Source: Octopus vulgaris (Eukaryota). Taken from it: DNA of 64,000 nucleotides. The position numbers were made by a program, and so were the translations under genes. Location: contig OX597817.1 in NCBI GenBank assembly GCA_951406725.2, positions 67,146,001 to 67,210,000 of the forward strand. Direction: 5' to 3'. Of this stretch, positions 39,033 to 52,624 are shown in pieces. The notes beneath the pieces were generated by a model. It searched no databases. It saw only the letters and a program-made list of their open reading frames with translations, and was not told the origin of the DNA. Within the stretch, counting starts at the first letter, position 1. Each line of letters opens with the position of its first letter.

Positions 39033-40420
39033 TTTTTTTTTATATTGTTTATATCATATATTATAATTTTGTCTAAAATTTCTCAACTCTTCATATTCCC
39101 TCACGAGCGGCAGGATATCATACAACACCGGCTCGTCAATCACAGCCACCAACTCACGATATGAATCCATGCATATATCGCACTCCTCGTCACTCAACGG
39201 AACACACTGACCCACCGGGCAGCCCCACCACCACCAATCCCTTCTACCTGGACACTCTCCTCTCCACCTCCACACTCCCCTCGCAAAAGATCAAGAATGT
39301 CCCATGTCCAAATTCCACCCCCCGGCTCCGCCTCTACTGCACGCGCACGCCCGAGTTTAGGCGGCTCCCACCTCCCTGGGTGCTCTCTCCGCCTCCGCTC
39401 CCCGCGAGTGTTCTCCTGATTTTTCCCCTCTTCTCCCTTTGAGACTGAAAAACCTGTCAACCCCCCCCCCACTGCCCTCGCTCCATCCTCCCTCGTACCC
39501 ACCTCTTCTGCGTCGCTGATGCACCTCGCATCTCTTTTGCCGTCTCCGTCTTTCATTGCTTCAATTTGTACTCCAATTTCCACTTCTTCTTGGTCTTTCT
39601 CCACAGCCTTCTCACTCTGAGAAGGCTTGTGCTTGGGGCACTGCGTCCTCATATGGCCTCTCACTCCGCATTCGTAACAATTCGACAACCCTCAACAATT
39701 ACTTTGAGGGAACTTTCTCTCGCAATCTCTATTTGGTAGGGGATCCTCTCAATGTCGTCGAAAGTGGCAAAAAGCCACATCTCAACACCGCATCCCTATC
39801 AGTTTAACATGCTCGTTCTTCCCACTGGTCCCAATTCGGGATTCTTCTCGGTGGAAGTCAGAATAGCTTCCACCAACCACTCTGTCTTTATTTCTGGTGG
39901 CACTCTTCCTATTTGAATCCGAACACTGCACCTGCCCCTATACGTGGGCAGCAGCGCTATCTTGTCAGAGTGTAGAATAGTGGTGGAATGTAAGGCCGCC
40001 TCTCCTTTTGTGGCAAACCTCACCTCCACCGTACCATATTTTCTTCCTCGGCTTACGAACGTTGCCTTTTTCATCAGGGGTCCCAAGCATTCCTCTATAT
40101 AGTTCTCTGATAGGATCTCTATTATACTGGTGGCGACCGCTTGCGTGCGGTACACCACCGTCCTATCGCTCTTATCGTTGACTGTTTCCTCTGGAGGGGC
40201 CAGCTTTATTGCGTCTCTCTCTCTTTGCACAAACTATTCGCTTCTTATCTCCTCCGTGTTAATTTTAACTGCTTCGCTTCCAACGGTGTAGCCGTTCTCA
40301 CTGCAGCGGTTTTTGCGTAGCTTTCTATAATAAAAGCTATTTTTCACCTCTACAATGGGGAGAAAAAGAACAAAAAACAACAACAGCAAAAAAAAAAAAA
40401 ACAATTTTCTCTGACCGCCT
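39033..40420 (-). mobile_element. ORF1-only polyadenylated L1/Tx1-like element (HAL1-like); ORF1 pseudogenised across 40330-39054
   Basis: ESYAKTAAV N-terminus, RRM-like GTVEVRFAT..VRIQIGRVPPEI, IPYQIEI..VIVEG, CCHC knuckle CYECGVRGHMRTQC and an acidic tail; stop at 39054 followed within ~15 nt by an A-tract (T 39033-39041 on +). No endonuclease or RT. Confidence 0.75.
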
Positions 40421-41029
40421 ACTTTTCTTTTTCTTATTGTGACTAGGTTACTTCATTCGTCAAGTGGGAGGGATGTACCATCTAATTCACTACAACACGT
40501 TCTAAGTTCAAATTCCGCTGAAGTTGACTTTTCTTTCTTCCTTTCGGGGCTAATAAGAGAAGTATCTGAAGAGCAGGGTTGTGGGGAGGAGCTAGTCTAG
40601 ACTACATTGAACTCACGAGTTGACTGGTAGTTTATTGCATCCAACCCGAAAAGATGAAAAGTAAATCTGAGCACGGCGGAATTTTAAACCGGAACGTAAA
40701 GAGCCGGGAAGAAATACCGCAAAGAAATTTGTCTGACGCTCTAACATTTCCTCTTTTCTAACATAGGCAAAAAGTTTTCATATTCGTCTGAGAATCTTAT
40801 TAATTCGTTATCGAACACGGGGGAACATGCAAAACATAGCACTGGCAGGAACTGCATCTTTATTGATTCTGTCATCTTCCACAGTTTGAAACATTAATGA
40901 TTGATTTTGTTTATCCCTAGATAAGTTATAATCGAATCGAACAATGATCACAGGCTTTCAAGTCATCGCCATCCCACCATTTTCTTACCTTTTTCTCGCT
41001 TTGTCTCAGACATAATGCATTTACTTACA

Positions 41030-41350
41030 TAAGCGCTTTGCTACCTATGGAGCATAAGCCATTGACGACTTTTCTTCGCTCTTCTCGACTCTAAGATGTC
41101 TTTTCTGATCTTCTCTCCCATTTCTCGTAGGTTTTGAAATGTCATCGATGCTTTTGTAACATTTCAATTTCCTTTTCCTAGGTAGGAGTGTTTGCCATAT
41201 GCCAACCCATTTTGACCTCTCCTAAAAGTTGATCTATATTAGTCTGGCTTCTATCCTTTGACCTATCTAGCATAGAAAGCCCCAACAAGGAGTTTGCACT
41301 TTGCTCGTATAGCTCTCAGGGTTACTGAGACACACTAGCCACCGTACTGC
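41030..41350 (-). mobile_element. Probable decayed RTE-like LINE/SINE fragment
   Basis: Motifs GCCTCTATCC..GACCT..GGCAT..ATAGCTCTCAGGGTTACTGAG resemble RTE 5' regions as recalled; weak. Confidence 0.3.
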
Positions 41351-42182
41351 TATATTAGTGGAAAACTCTTTCCTTCTTTTAAAACCGTAAATTCTCATAT
41401 AAATGAGATGTTACTGCTATTTCTTGCAAATCTAGAAATCTCGGAAAAGCTTCATTCTTGGCTGGAAAATGGATAATAATGACGAGGACGATGGTGTTGA
41501 ACGTTATGATGTCTTTTTTAAAAATCTTCTGACGGGTTTTCTTCAGAAGAAACGATGTCCTTTCGTTATACATTCTTATAATGACACCACTTCACGTATC
41601 CATAGCCAATAGCGATGAAAATACACAGTTCAACTGCATACAAGTGATTAAAATGTATTCAGTATTCTGTGATAACGATTTTCAGATTACGCACATAATA
41701 AACCATAGCGACAATCTTAGTGTTGTCGGACATGACATGTTTCCTAATCAAGAGGAAGCCAACGGAAGCTTCCATATTTTTTTACACGCATCACGCAAGC
41801 TTATGTGTGTTCGCCGCATATACAATGTGTTGTGTAGAATTTCAAATTAAATTAACATTGCTACACCAAATAACCTTCGTAAAAACACTGAATGTGCGTT
41901 AGTTAAGATGCCTCAGATGTAAAATAAGTCAAAGCAAAACGAGGAATCACCGAAACTTAAGAGTAAAGATATAAAATTAATATATGACACAAAACGAACA
42001 TACAAAAACAAAACCACGATTATTTCTATACTTTTTCTTTATGTTTATCTTTATTGGTTTTTATATTTATTTCGACCTTTCTTACTCTTCCCCATTCACG
42101 CTTTCTCTTTCTACATTTATATATTTCCCTTCATCTCGTCATCTTTTTTCTCACTCAATATCTGTCACATACACACCCTCTC

Positions 42183-42266
<84 letters not shown>

Positions 42267-43429
42267 GTTAATCCAAACCAGAAAGCACAAAAAAAAAACA
42301 CAACAACGCGAGAACGTGGAACAAATATAGTATTATTGGACGCTCAGGAAAGAAGGAAAGAAGTATATATGTATATATGTATGTATGTATGTATGTATTT
42401 ACATACATATATATATAAAGATTATTTAGTCTCTTTGTAATTGAGAAGTGTTAATTATTCGTTTTAATTAAAGATGTGTGTGTGTGGTGTGTGTGTAATT
42501 TGGTTGAATTCTATTTCTCTTTTCTTATTGTTTTGATAAACCAGTTTATTTGGTTAATATATTTTACACTATTGAACTTATTTCATAGATATCTATCTAA
42601 ACGTGTCCTTTTCGTTGTACATAGTTCGAGAACGTTGTTTACGAGATGTACTGTTCCGCTAATCGTTATTAGTCTCGTTTTGGGTACGATATTATGTTCG
42701 TAATGTGATGTTGGTTGAGAGACAAGGTATCTAGTTATCTACACTTGTTATATTGCCAGAATGTCCGTTTTGGAATTATTTCTTTGTCATAAGCACTATT
42801 TTGTAGCTATAAGTTATCAGTGTCTGTTTATTCTTATGTTGTTACTTGTAGTAACTAACTGATGGATTCCTAGGCAACGTTTATATTTTTAACGATGTGG
42901 ACACCCCCGGGTTGAATTGTATAGACTAGGCGTCAAAACCACAGTGATGACCGTTTCGGCAGCTAATGATAGGAATACAGATATGTTATAATCATCTTTT
43001 TATGTCTTCGATACCCTGAGTCGTCTTTCATTCTTGTAAAGTGGAAAATGTTTGTGGATTCATAGTTTGAGGGGATCGCTTACTTTGGTCTTCTTCATAG
43101 GTAACCTAATTAGGCTTGGACAAAGCTTATAAATATACATATATATATATATATATATACATATTAGAAAAAATGAGGTAATCAGATCGGATGGTTCATA
43201 TTTATACATATTTGTTTATATATTACATTTTTTACATATATATCTATCACATCATTCAGATCATATCATTCGGATTATTAGCGCTTTCTCCCAATCCAGT
43301 GGGGTTTTCAAATCAAATCAATTCCTTTGTGGGGAATTTGAACATTTTATAGAGTTTCGTAGCAGTGGGGAGGAATAAGACAGTATAAGAGGGTGAGGGG
43401 GAAGTAAGACAGAGAAAACATGTGTGTAT

Positions 43430-43519
<90 letters not shown>

Positions 43520-43805
43520 TGTGTGTGTGTGTGATTGTGGGCCAGCAGAACGTCCACTTAGTCAAAATCCGAAAACCTTAATGGTTAATAGCAGGCTACA
43601 TTGTTTGAGGGTTTTCTTCTACAACAGTGAACTTTCAGTGAGCATCTCCTTTTGTAGCCACTGGTTGACTACTCGTTTTTAAGCGGAAAATTGGTAGACG
43701 GAAGCAGTACAGAATTTCATCGTGTGTATGCACACACACACACATACACACAATTACGATAGAATTTTCTAGTTTCCGTCTACCAATTTTGTGTGTGTAT
43801 ATTAT

Positions 43806-43846
<41 letters not shown>

Positions 43847-43901
43847 CGCACACACACATACATATATGCGAGTCTGTGTAGGTAGTAAGGTTAAGCCTTA
43901 C

Positions 43902-43982
43902 TTTTGTTGACGAATGAGAAAGTGTGTACTCGATTATATGGTTTACGCAAACTAAATTCTTTTCTCGCGACTCGTGTTTCAT
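43902..43982 (-). CDS. Candidate alternative first coding exon MKHESREKNLVCVNHIIEYTLSHSSTK, phase-0 donor
   Basis: ATG at 43982 and exactly 27 codons to AAA|GTAAGG; unique sequence island preceded on the minus strand by a GA-rich leader. Confidence 0.35.
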
Positions 43983-44269
43983 GCCACAGTGTCTCTCTCT
44001 CTCTCTCTCCCTCGCCCCATCTCTCCCTCTTCCTGGATGTGTGCGTGTGTGTTGTTGTGTATGTTTGTACATGCGTACGTATATGTATTCTCTTATACCA
44101 TCGATGGAGTAGAACTGATGGCGGTAAGGTGGTGTCTATTACGATAACTACATCGTCGTCGTCATCATCATCATCATCTTTACTCGTTCGTACAATTTAA
44201 TCCGCCATCTCTCACTCTTTGACCAATAAGTGTTTCTCACTTTTGGTCGCTGAGCAGTCACAATCGGTT

Positions 44270-44946
44270 AAGTAGACCAGAATCAGACATGAAAACGTCA
44301 GAAGAAATATCTTGCAATAGCATATTGCTTCCGGTCTTTTACTCCCAGGTTTCAAATCTTGCTGAGGTCAACTTTGCTTATCATCCTTTTGGCGCAGGTA
44401 AAATAAAGTACCAGTTAAGTACTGGATTGATGGTATCAACTATACCCCACCCACACACATGACTTTCTCCAAAATTGCTGGCCTGGTAACAAAATGTGAA
44501 ACCTTTATTTCTATCAATCTAGATAGAAAATCGTTAGTGCGTAGGAAAGATACCTTTTGGTATTCATTCTGGCCCTTTAGGTTTTGAGTTCAAATCTCCA
44601 CACCGTCAACTTTGCTTTTCACTCATCGGGGGTCGATTATATAAAGTAACAGTCAAGTACTGAGGTCGATGGTATCAACTAACCCTTTTATTTAAAATTA
44701 CAAACCTTATACTCTTTACTCTTTCTCTTTTACCCTTTTACTTGTTTCAGTCATTTGGCTGCGGCTATGCTGGAGCACGGCCTTTAGTCGAGCAGCTCAA
44801 CTCCACGACTTATTCTTTGGAAGCCTAGTACTTATTCTATCGGTCTATTTTGCCGAACCGCTAAGTTACGAGGACGTAAACACACCACCATCAGTTGTCA
44901 AGCGTTGTTGGAGGGATAAACATAGACACAAACATATACACACACA

Positions 44947-45023
<77 letters not shown>

Positions 45024-45185
45024 GACGGGATTCTTTCGGTTTCCGTCTACCAAATCCACTCACAATGCTTTGGTCGGCCCGAGGCTATAGTAGAAGACAC
45101 TTGCCCAAGGTGCTACGCAGTTTGAATGAACCCAGAACCATGTGGTTAGTAAGCAAGCTACTTACCACACAGCCACTCCTGCACC
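44270..45185. mobile_element. SINE cluster: two old family B copies (+, 44270-44710) and one family A copy (-, 44712-45185)
   Basis: Matches to family motifs. Confidence 0.8.
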
Positions 45186-45644
45186 TATGTTTAATAAACA
45201 CTTATATTTATCATTCTATCAACCTGTCTACTTATGCGTATTTTTCATAATTTCCTTCTCTCACGGTCATTATTTTTATGTCTCTCACATTCACTCACTT
45301 TTTCCTCCATGTCTGAGTGCCTCTGACTTCGTATGTCAAACCCTTTCTTACACACACGTACCCAACCCGTCACTGTCTCTCCACCAGTCCCCATCTTCAG
45401 ATGCACAAAATACAGTACTGTGCAGTAGGTATATCTAACTGAGTGATATGTTATCGTGTTTGGGGAAGAAAGAAAATCGGTCTGTAACCTTCATCGCAGT
45501 AGAGAAAACGAATAAAGGTAAGGAAAAAAATATTTCTATCCAATTGATTCATGCCGACACAGACCACCACTACAAGTTCCCTCGAATGTCAATGATTGTC
45601 TCACTGAATAACAACCCGCACCACACACTCCAACGACCTTTAAA

Positions 45645-45696
45645 TATATACATACATACATACATACATACATACATACATACATACATACATACA

Positions 45697-45729
<33 letters not shown>

Positions 45730-46335
45730 TACGGACATACACATCGCACATGTAGTTAAATATAATATGTATGTATATGTATACATACATATATGTATAC
45801 ATACATATATATGTATATGTATACATACATATACATATATATATATACATACATATATAAATGAATGTGTGTAAATACATTATATGTATGTATGTATGCA
45901 TGCATGTATGTATGTATTATGTATGCATGTATGTATGTATGTATGTAATATGTATGTATGTATATATGGATGGATGGATGGATGTCTGTATTATGTATGT
46001 ATGTATGTATGTATGTATTGATGTATGTATGTATGTATGTATGTATTGATGTATGTATGTATGTATGTATGTATGTAATATGTATGTATGTATGTATGTA
46101 ATATGTATGTATGTATGGATGGATGGATGTCTGTATTATGTATGTATGTATTGATGGATGGATGGATATATTATGTATGTATGTATGTATGTATGTATGT
46201 ATGCATGCATGCATGTATGTATGTATGTATCATGTATGTATGTATCATGTATGTATGTATCATGTATGTATGTATGTATGTATGTATGTATGTATGGATG
46301 GATGGATGGATGGATGGATGGATGGATGGATGCAT
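45645..46335. repeat. Compound (TACA)n then (TATG/GATG)n microsatellite with higher-order duplication
   Basis: Seen directly; the unit GTAATATGTATG..GGATGGATGTCTGTATTATG recurs at ~45945 and ~46098. Confidence 0.9.
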
Positions 46336-46939
46336 ATTTACATATAATACGTATTCGTATTCATTGACCTAACATTTCATTTCCAAAAGGTCACGTAAAA
46401 AAATGTGTTAGGGCAAGGGAGGTGAAACCGGCTGCAGTTGTATCTACATGAAACCCTCTGATGGGGGGCACTAAGGTTCATGATCTGGCTGTGTAGATGC
46501 GTAAGCCGTCTCCTTCCTCGTTAGAGAACAAAACGCTTATTCATAGATCAGAAACGGGATTTCTTAATACATTTACTTTATATACAAATGTGTGTGCATG
46601 TGTGTGTGTGTGTGTGTGTGTGTGATTTCATTTTTACCTTCTCTTTTTCTTTTACCCTCTCTTTTTCTTCTTTTTCGTATCACCATCTCCCATTTCTCCC
46701 TCTGTATCACCACCATCACTACCATTGCCAACACCATCCACACATTCTCCAAGATCTCATGTATTGCCATGCCAACCGGACACAAACCTCTCCTCTCCCC
46801 TCCATCTTCTCAACTCCTTTCCCACCTTTTCATTAAAGGATATCGTTCAATTTTTTTTATATATATTTATATATGCTATTTTTGGAGGGGGTGGGGAAAT
46901 TCTGTTCGTTATCTTTTTTTTTATTTTGCATTCTCTTAT

Positions 46940-47006
46940 GTCATCGGTGGCGTGAGAGTGATGGTATAGAGGTTGGAGTCTATTACAATGATAACTGCAT
47001 CATCAT

Positions 47007-47062
<56 letters not shown>

Positions 47063-47164
47063 GCAACAGCAACAACAGCAGCAGCAGCAAGCAAGAACAA
47101 AAATAACAACCAGCTGATGACACAGCAGTGGATCAAGGAATAAAGCATTAGTTAACAATGGTGC
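46940..47164 (+). other. Candidate first exon: (CAT)n(CAG/CAA)n leader ending ACAATGGTGC|GTAAGT (ATG at 47158)
   Basis: Strong Kozak context ACAATGG followed by two possible donors, ATG|GTGCGT or GTGC|GTAAGT; all three frames through the repeat are closed by stops. Confidence 0.3.
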
Positions 47165-47419
47165 GTAAGTTATCCATCTATTCTTCAACAGACGTGCGTG
47201 CGTGCGTGCAGACTCGACAACTAAATATGTTAGCAATATATAAAAAAAAATGAAAGAAAGGGTCAACAAGAAAGAAACAAAGAAAAACAGATAAACAGAA
47301 ATGGAGGCAGGCAGAAAGATAAAGAAATTGATTGATAAGCAGAAAGAACGATAGGTAGATATAAGATGTAGGAAAAAGAGAGAGTAAATAAATGAATACC
47401 AAAGATAGAAAGACATAAG

Positions 47420-47456
<37 letters not shown>

Positions 47457-47508
47457 TACGCGCGCGCGCATATGTAGAGATAGCTAGCTAGATAGGTAGG
47501 TAGGTAGG

Positions 47509-47557
<49 letters not shown>

Positions 47558-47601
47558 TTCTTTATTGGCCACGCAGGGCTAAACACACAGATAGATGAAT
47601 G

Positions 47602-47658
<57 letters not shown>

Positions 47659-47680
47659 ATGGATAGATTGATAGACAGAC

Positions 47681-47783
<103 letters not shown>

Positions 47784-48032
47784 CAAATCGACAGACATCA
47801 AAGATGGAAAGAAGGAACGAGAAAGCCACGGTATTACCCGTTTTTTAAAAAAATTTTGTATGAATTTTGTGATGTGGGGTTAATTGTGTAATAAGTTGGT
47901 GGTCGAACAAGACACGCATTCAGTTGGCTGCACAGACTGAACACAAAAGGAAAAAAAATATATTGGTGATTAGACTTCTTCATAATTGCATGCACATAAA
48001 CGTTAATACTCAAAGAATTCGTGCAAATAGTT

Positions 48033-48097
<65 letters not shown>

Positions 48098-48323
48098 TAC
48101 ACGTTCTGTCTGTATCAATGTGTACTTATATCTGTTTATGTTTACGCCAAGCCTAATCGGGTTCATCTGTCACACTATCTCCATATCAGCTCGCCTGGAT
48201 TTCTCTTATACCCACTCTGGACGACGTGGATCTAATCCTGGTTAACGAATTTGGAGGTTAAGTTCAATTCCTTTGAGTACTGTAACGTTTTTTTCGATCT
48301 GCCTCTTACCTTTTGTCTGTATA

Positions 48324-48599
48324 CAGGTGCGGTGAATAAACTGTCGTCCAAATTACGCGAAAATGAAATAACATTGACGTCTCATTTTAACAGATATTCT
48401 TTTATTTATTCTTTATTTCAGTCATTTGACTATGACCATGTTGGAGTACCGGCTTTAGTCGAACAAACTGACCACTGGATAAGCCTATTACAGGATAAGC
48501 CTAGTACTTATCCTACAGTTTTCTTTTGCCGAACTACTAAGTTACGGGGTCGTAAACACACAAGTATCGGTTGTCAAGCGATGGCGGACATGGGGTACA

Positions 48600-48657
<58 letters not shown>

Positions 48658-49559
48658 CGGCGGGCTTCTTTCAGTTTCTGTCTATCAAATCCACTCACAA
48701 GGCTTTAGTCGGCCCGAAGCTATAGTAGAAGACATTTGCCCAAGGTGCCACGCATTGGGACTCAATCCGGAACCATGTGGTTGGTAAGCAAGCTACTTAC
48801 CACACCTCACCAACATTGCATAAAAATTTCTTGAAATACTAAAGAGTAAATTTATTTAAAAAAAAAACCCATTGGCTTCAACCACGTCCTCCAGACGACT
48901 TCGGAATCTCCTGCAACTCTTCTGGATGGTCTCCCTGTTTAAGTTGGTGAATGTTACCATAATCTTTGCCTTCAGTTCATCTTTGGTGTTACAAGGAGTT
49001 TTGTTGGTCCCTCGCTCAACTGCGTCCCACATATAATTATCAAGGGGGTTGCGGTCTGGCGAGATGTTTGGGATGTTGTGGTTACAGAAACTGTCTGACA
49101 GCCTTGACTGGATTCTCCTGCTTGTGTGGCATGTTGCAGAGTCCTGTGGTCAGACATAGGGTCTTCCAGCAGCCACCCGGGCAGCACTACCCACTTCAGG
49201 TATTTGATGTAGGCCTCTGTGTTGAGTCTGAGGCCGTGTGAGTAGATGAATGGAGGCATAACGTCGCCATTACTAATGAGCACTTCAAACACTATGATGT
49301 TGACTGGATATTTGATTTTTTATCACTTTCTGACACCCAGACACTCTGAAATGTTCGTGTTGGGTGCTTCCGTTGCGAATGCCAAGCAGTACAGCATGTC
49401 GTTTCCAAATTTCTGGCAGAGGGAATTGCGTCATGGTGTTGTTTTTCTTACAGATGGTGCCCAACTGACCCTACTATACTGTATAGTCGACAAAAAAAAA
49501 CAATGCGCAAGCACAAAATTTAAAATATAAAATGACGATAATTTATCCATCGTACCCTG
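48324..49559 (-). mobile_element. Deleted maT-like (DD37D) Tc1/mariner transposon with a nested SINE family A (~48405-48805)
   Basis: TA-flanked imperfect TIRs CAGGTGCGGTGAATAAACTGTCGTC / CAGGGTACGATGGATAAATTATCGTC. Transposase remnant GDVMPPFI..GRPYV*PQDSATCHTSRR..SPDRNPLDNYMW; D-D spacing is 33, or 37 if the missing WPPx is restored. Confidence 0.82.
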
Positions 49560-50100
49560 TATGTATGTGTGTCGTTCAGCTGAGAATTGAAACTTGATCG
49601 CAACATGGACAAAGATGTAGTTATGGAAGTTAGTTAATTAAAAGAGTAAGCTTCTCCTCCTTATCAAGGCGCCGAAATTAGTATTACATACACCATAGAA
49701 ATTATATACTTCTTATTGGAACTAGTCGCTTAATCAAGGAACATTGCGATTAAATTAAATACTCTATATTAGTTTCGTAAAACACACACACAAACACACA
49801 CACGAACACACACATGCACACACTCATATCTATACACACTCCCAAGCACGTGATATTGGGTTCTGTCCCGCTTCACAGCACCTTGGGCAAGTATCTTCTA
49901 CTATAACACCGAACCGACCAAAGTATTGTCAACAAATTTTGTTGACGAAAACTGAAGTGTGTGTGTGTGTGTTTGTGCGTGTGTTTGTGTGTGTGCCTGT
50001 GTGTATGCAGACGTGCGCGCGCGCCATTGTGTTTGTCTCCACCCACCTCTTAATAGTCGGTGTTGTCTTGTTATCGGCTCTGTAACATCCCTGTAAATTA

Positions 50101-50666
50101 TTGGGTTGTCCGGAAAGTTCATGCCGATTTTTAAAGGAAAGAAAAAGGTCAATAAATACTTGCCATTACATTTTTAGTCAACCATATATGAACCATTTTG
50201 TTGCACAATGCGTCTCCATCTTTCCTTTAACTTGAAAATACCCTCTTCCCAGAATTGAGGTGGTTTCATGGCAAAGAATTCATCAAGGTATCTTTTTACG
50301 TCATGCAAGGAATTGAAATTTTTACCATTCAGACTATTCTGCAGAGACCTGAATAAGTGGAAATCCGAAGGAGCAATATCTGGTGAATATGGAGTGTGGG
50401 GTAACACATCCCAGCCGAGCTGCAGCAATTTTTGTCTGGTTCCCAAAGCATCAAGTGCCGAAAATGACCTTTCTTATCTTCCATTTTAAAGGGTTACGGA
50501 ATTAACACAGATTATAGGAACATAAATCTTCTTCCACGAAAAGATAGCTTAAACTGTGCTTTAAATGGAGGTGTAGTCAAATCCTATTTAATGGACTCAA
50601 CCATGTTCTAAAATAAGTCGAAAAGTAAGCTACTATAAATCGGCACGAACTTTCCGGACAACCCAA
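50101..50666 (-). mobile_element. Internally deleted mariner (566 bp) inserted in a SINE family A copy
   Basis: 30-bp TIRs TTGGGTTGTCCGGAAAGTTCRTGCCGATTT and TA TSD; N-terminal MEDKKGHFRHLMLWE joined out of frame to the C-terminal WDVLPHTPYSPDIAPSDFHLFRSLQN (ORF 50174-50446). Confidence 0.95.
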
Positions 50667-51249
50667 TAGTTCGGCAAAAGCTATTGTGTACGGCACGTAT
50701 TTATTGTGGAATTCTACCTTTTCCTGTCGACCAACGTCTCTCTCTCTAATTGCATTCCTTGTTTTGTGCATTATAGTGTCTTCATATCTCCGACTTGAGA
50801 GCATTTTACTCGTGCACCATATGTACTGTCTAGTTATAAAGCTTATATTGAACATCTGTATTAAATTCAGAAAGTAGGTTTTATGGTTTCTAAATTTGTG
50901 GTTTCGCGACGATGAGGATGTTTTTCATTTTAGTGTTATTGTAATAAATTCTAACCATCAATTTGTGGTTTTGTGTGATACATGCTGTGATCTGTTTTAT
51001 GAGGTTTCAGAAACATATTCATCCATTCTGTAATCAAAGTGCATTTTGTTCTTATAGCTAACGTTATATATTTGTGTGTCTATTTTTAGTGAGTGTAGCA
51101 TCTATTGTATCAGTGGGGGTGAATATGTTCCGGTCTACTAATATGTTTGGCTATCCGTTATTAACTAATGTCCGTTTTACAAGTGGGACTGGCTTACTTA
51201 AAGATACTTTTGTGCATGAAAATTTAAAGAGCCTGTTTAAGAATATGTG

Positions 51250-51281
<32 letters not shown>

Positions 51282-51285
<4 letters not shown>

Positions 51286-51424
51286 CGTATATTTGCCATT
51301 TGAATATGGCTAACCCCTAAGGGTGAATGCTACTGTAGTTTGTAGCCCCAGGGGGACACCTCCTCCAGCTGGCTATAGACACACTTTCTGTGCCCTCCAT
51401 ATTCAAATGGCAAATATACGTCAC
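51282..51424. repeat. Perfect 28-bp inverted repeats enclosing an 87-bp spacer, within (TA)n
   Basis: GTGACGTATATTTGCCATTTGAATATGG at 51282-51309 and its exact reverse complement at 51397-51424. Confidence 0.9.
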
Positions 51425-51471
51425 GATGTGTTGCTGCTACTGTTTATAACTCGCTCTGAGATTTATCATTG

Positions 51472-51526
<55 letters not shown>

Positions 51527-52624
51527 TGCATGTATGTGTGTCTATGTGCGTGTGTGTGTGTGTGTGTGTGTATGTACTCACACACATATAGAAACCAATG
51601 ACATACACACGTACACACACGTCTCGTAACAATTTTCTGAGAAGTTGGTGGTGATGCTTAGTCCCAAGTCAACCCTGACCACAGATGTTATAATATTTTT
51701 AGGGAGGAGGTACGACTGCATTAGCCAATGTGACCTTTTTGTATTTAAAGCAGAAGTTTTGGTGGGGGGTGATTTGAAGAAGATTTGGTTGCTATTGTTA
51801 GCAGTTCGGGTGACCTTGTACATGCTCCTTCGTTAAGTGTCAAAATATGATGAAGACGACTGACGAATAAAACAGACGACTTCCTGTGAGGCAGGTATTA
51901 AATTTCGCTAACAGATTCTGAACGAAAATCTATGGAAAGTCTTGGCATATTTCCCTTATGACGTGACGAAACTGATACTGTATTTAAATGGAATCCCAAA
52001 TTCTCTTGATTCATTTTGCCCCCAAATGAGAAAGAAAATGGAAATTCATGCTGTCTTTTGATACTAACCTCAGTGGCTTGATGAGGAAAAGGATCTGCGA
52101 TTTACAAATAGAATTGATGGCTGCGTTCCTCCAGCTCAGAATAAGTTTGCGATCTGGTTTCAGTTCTCTGGTGCACTATTTATCCTTAAAGATCTTGACT
52201 ACCTATTACTCTTGTTGCTAAACAGTACTTGCAATGTATTCTTCATAATGGAAATGAAATAGTTGTGATGGTCCGCTTTCGGCAAATGATTGTTTCTTAT
52301 ATAGACACAAGACTTTGAATTTAGGGAGAAAGGGTTAGTCATTTAAATCAACGCCCGAGATTTCATTAGTGCTTTATGTTGTCGACATCGGAGGGATGAA
52401 GAGCAGAAGTGACTTCGTCAGGATTTGAACTCAAAACACACAAAAAACGAATAAATGCCGCGACGCATTTTGTCCGTTGCTTTTACGATTCTACCGATCC
52501 ACAAAAAAATTAAAAAATTAAAAATAAGTGTAATAAGTTTGCCTTGCTATATGAAAGTTAAGCTGTCTGATGGCTCGGATTGATTCTTTAATCACAAAGC
52601 TCGGACTGTAGCACAAGAGAGAAA

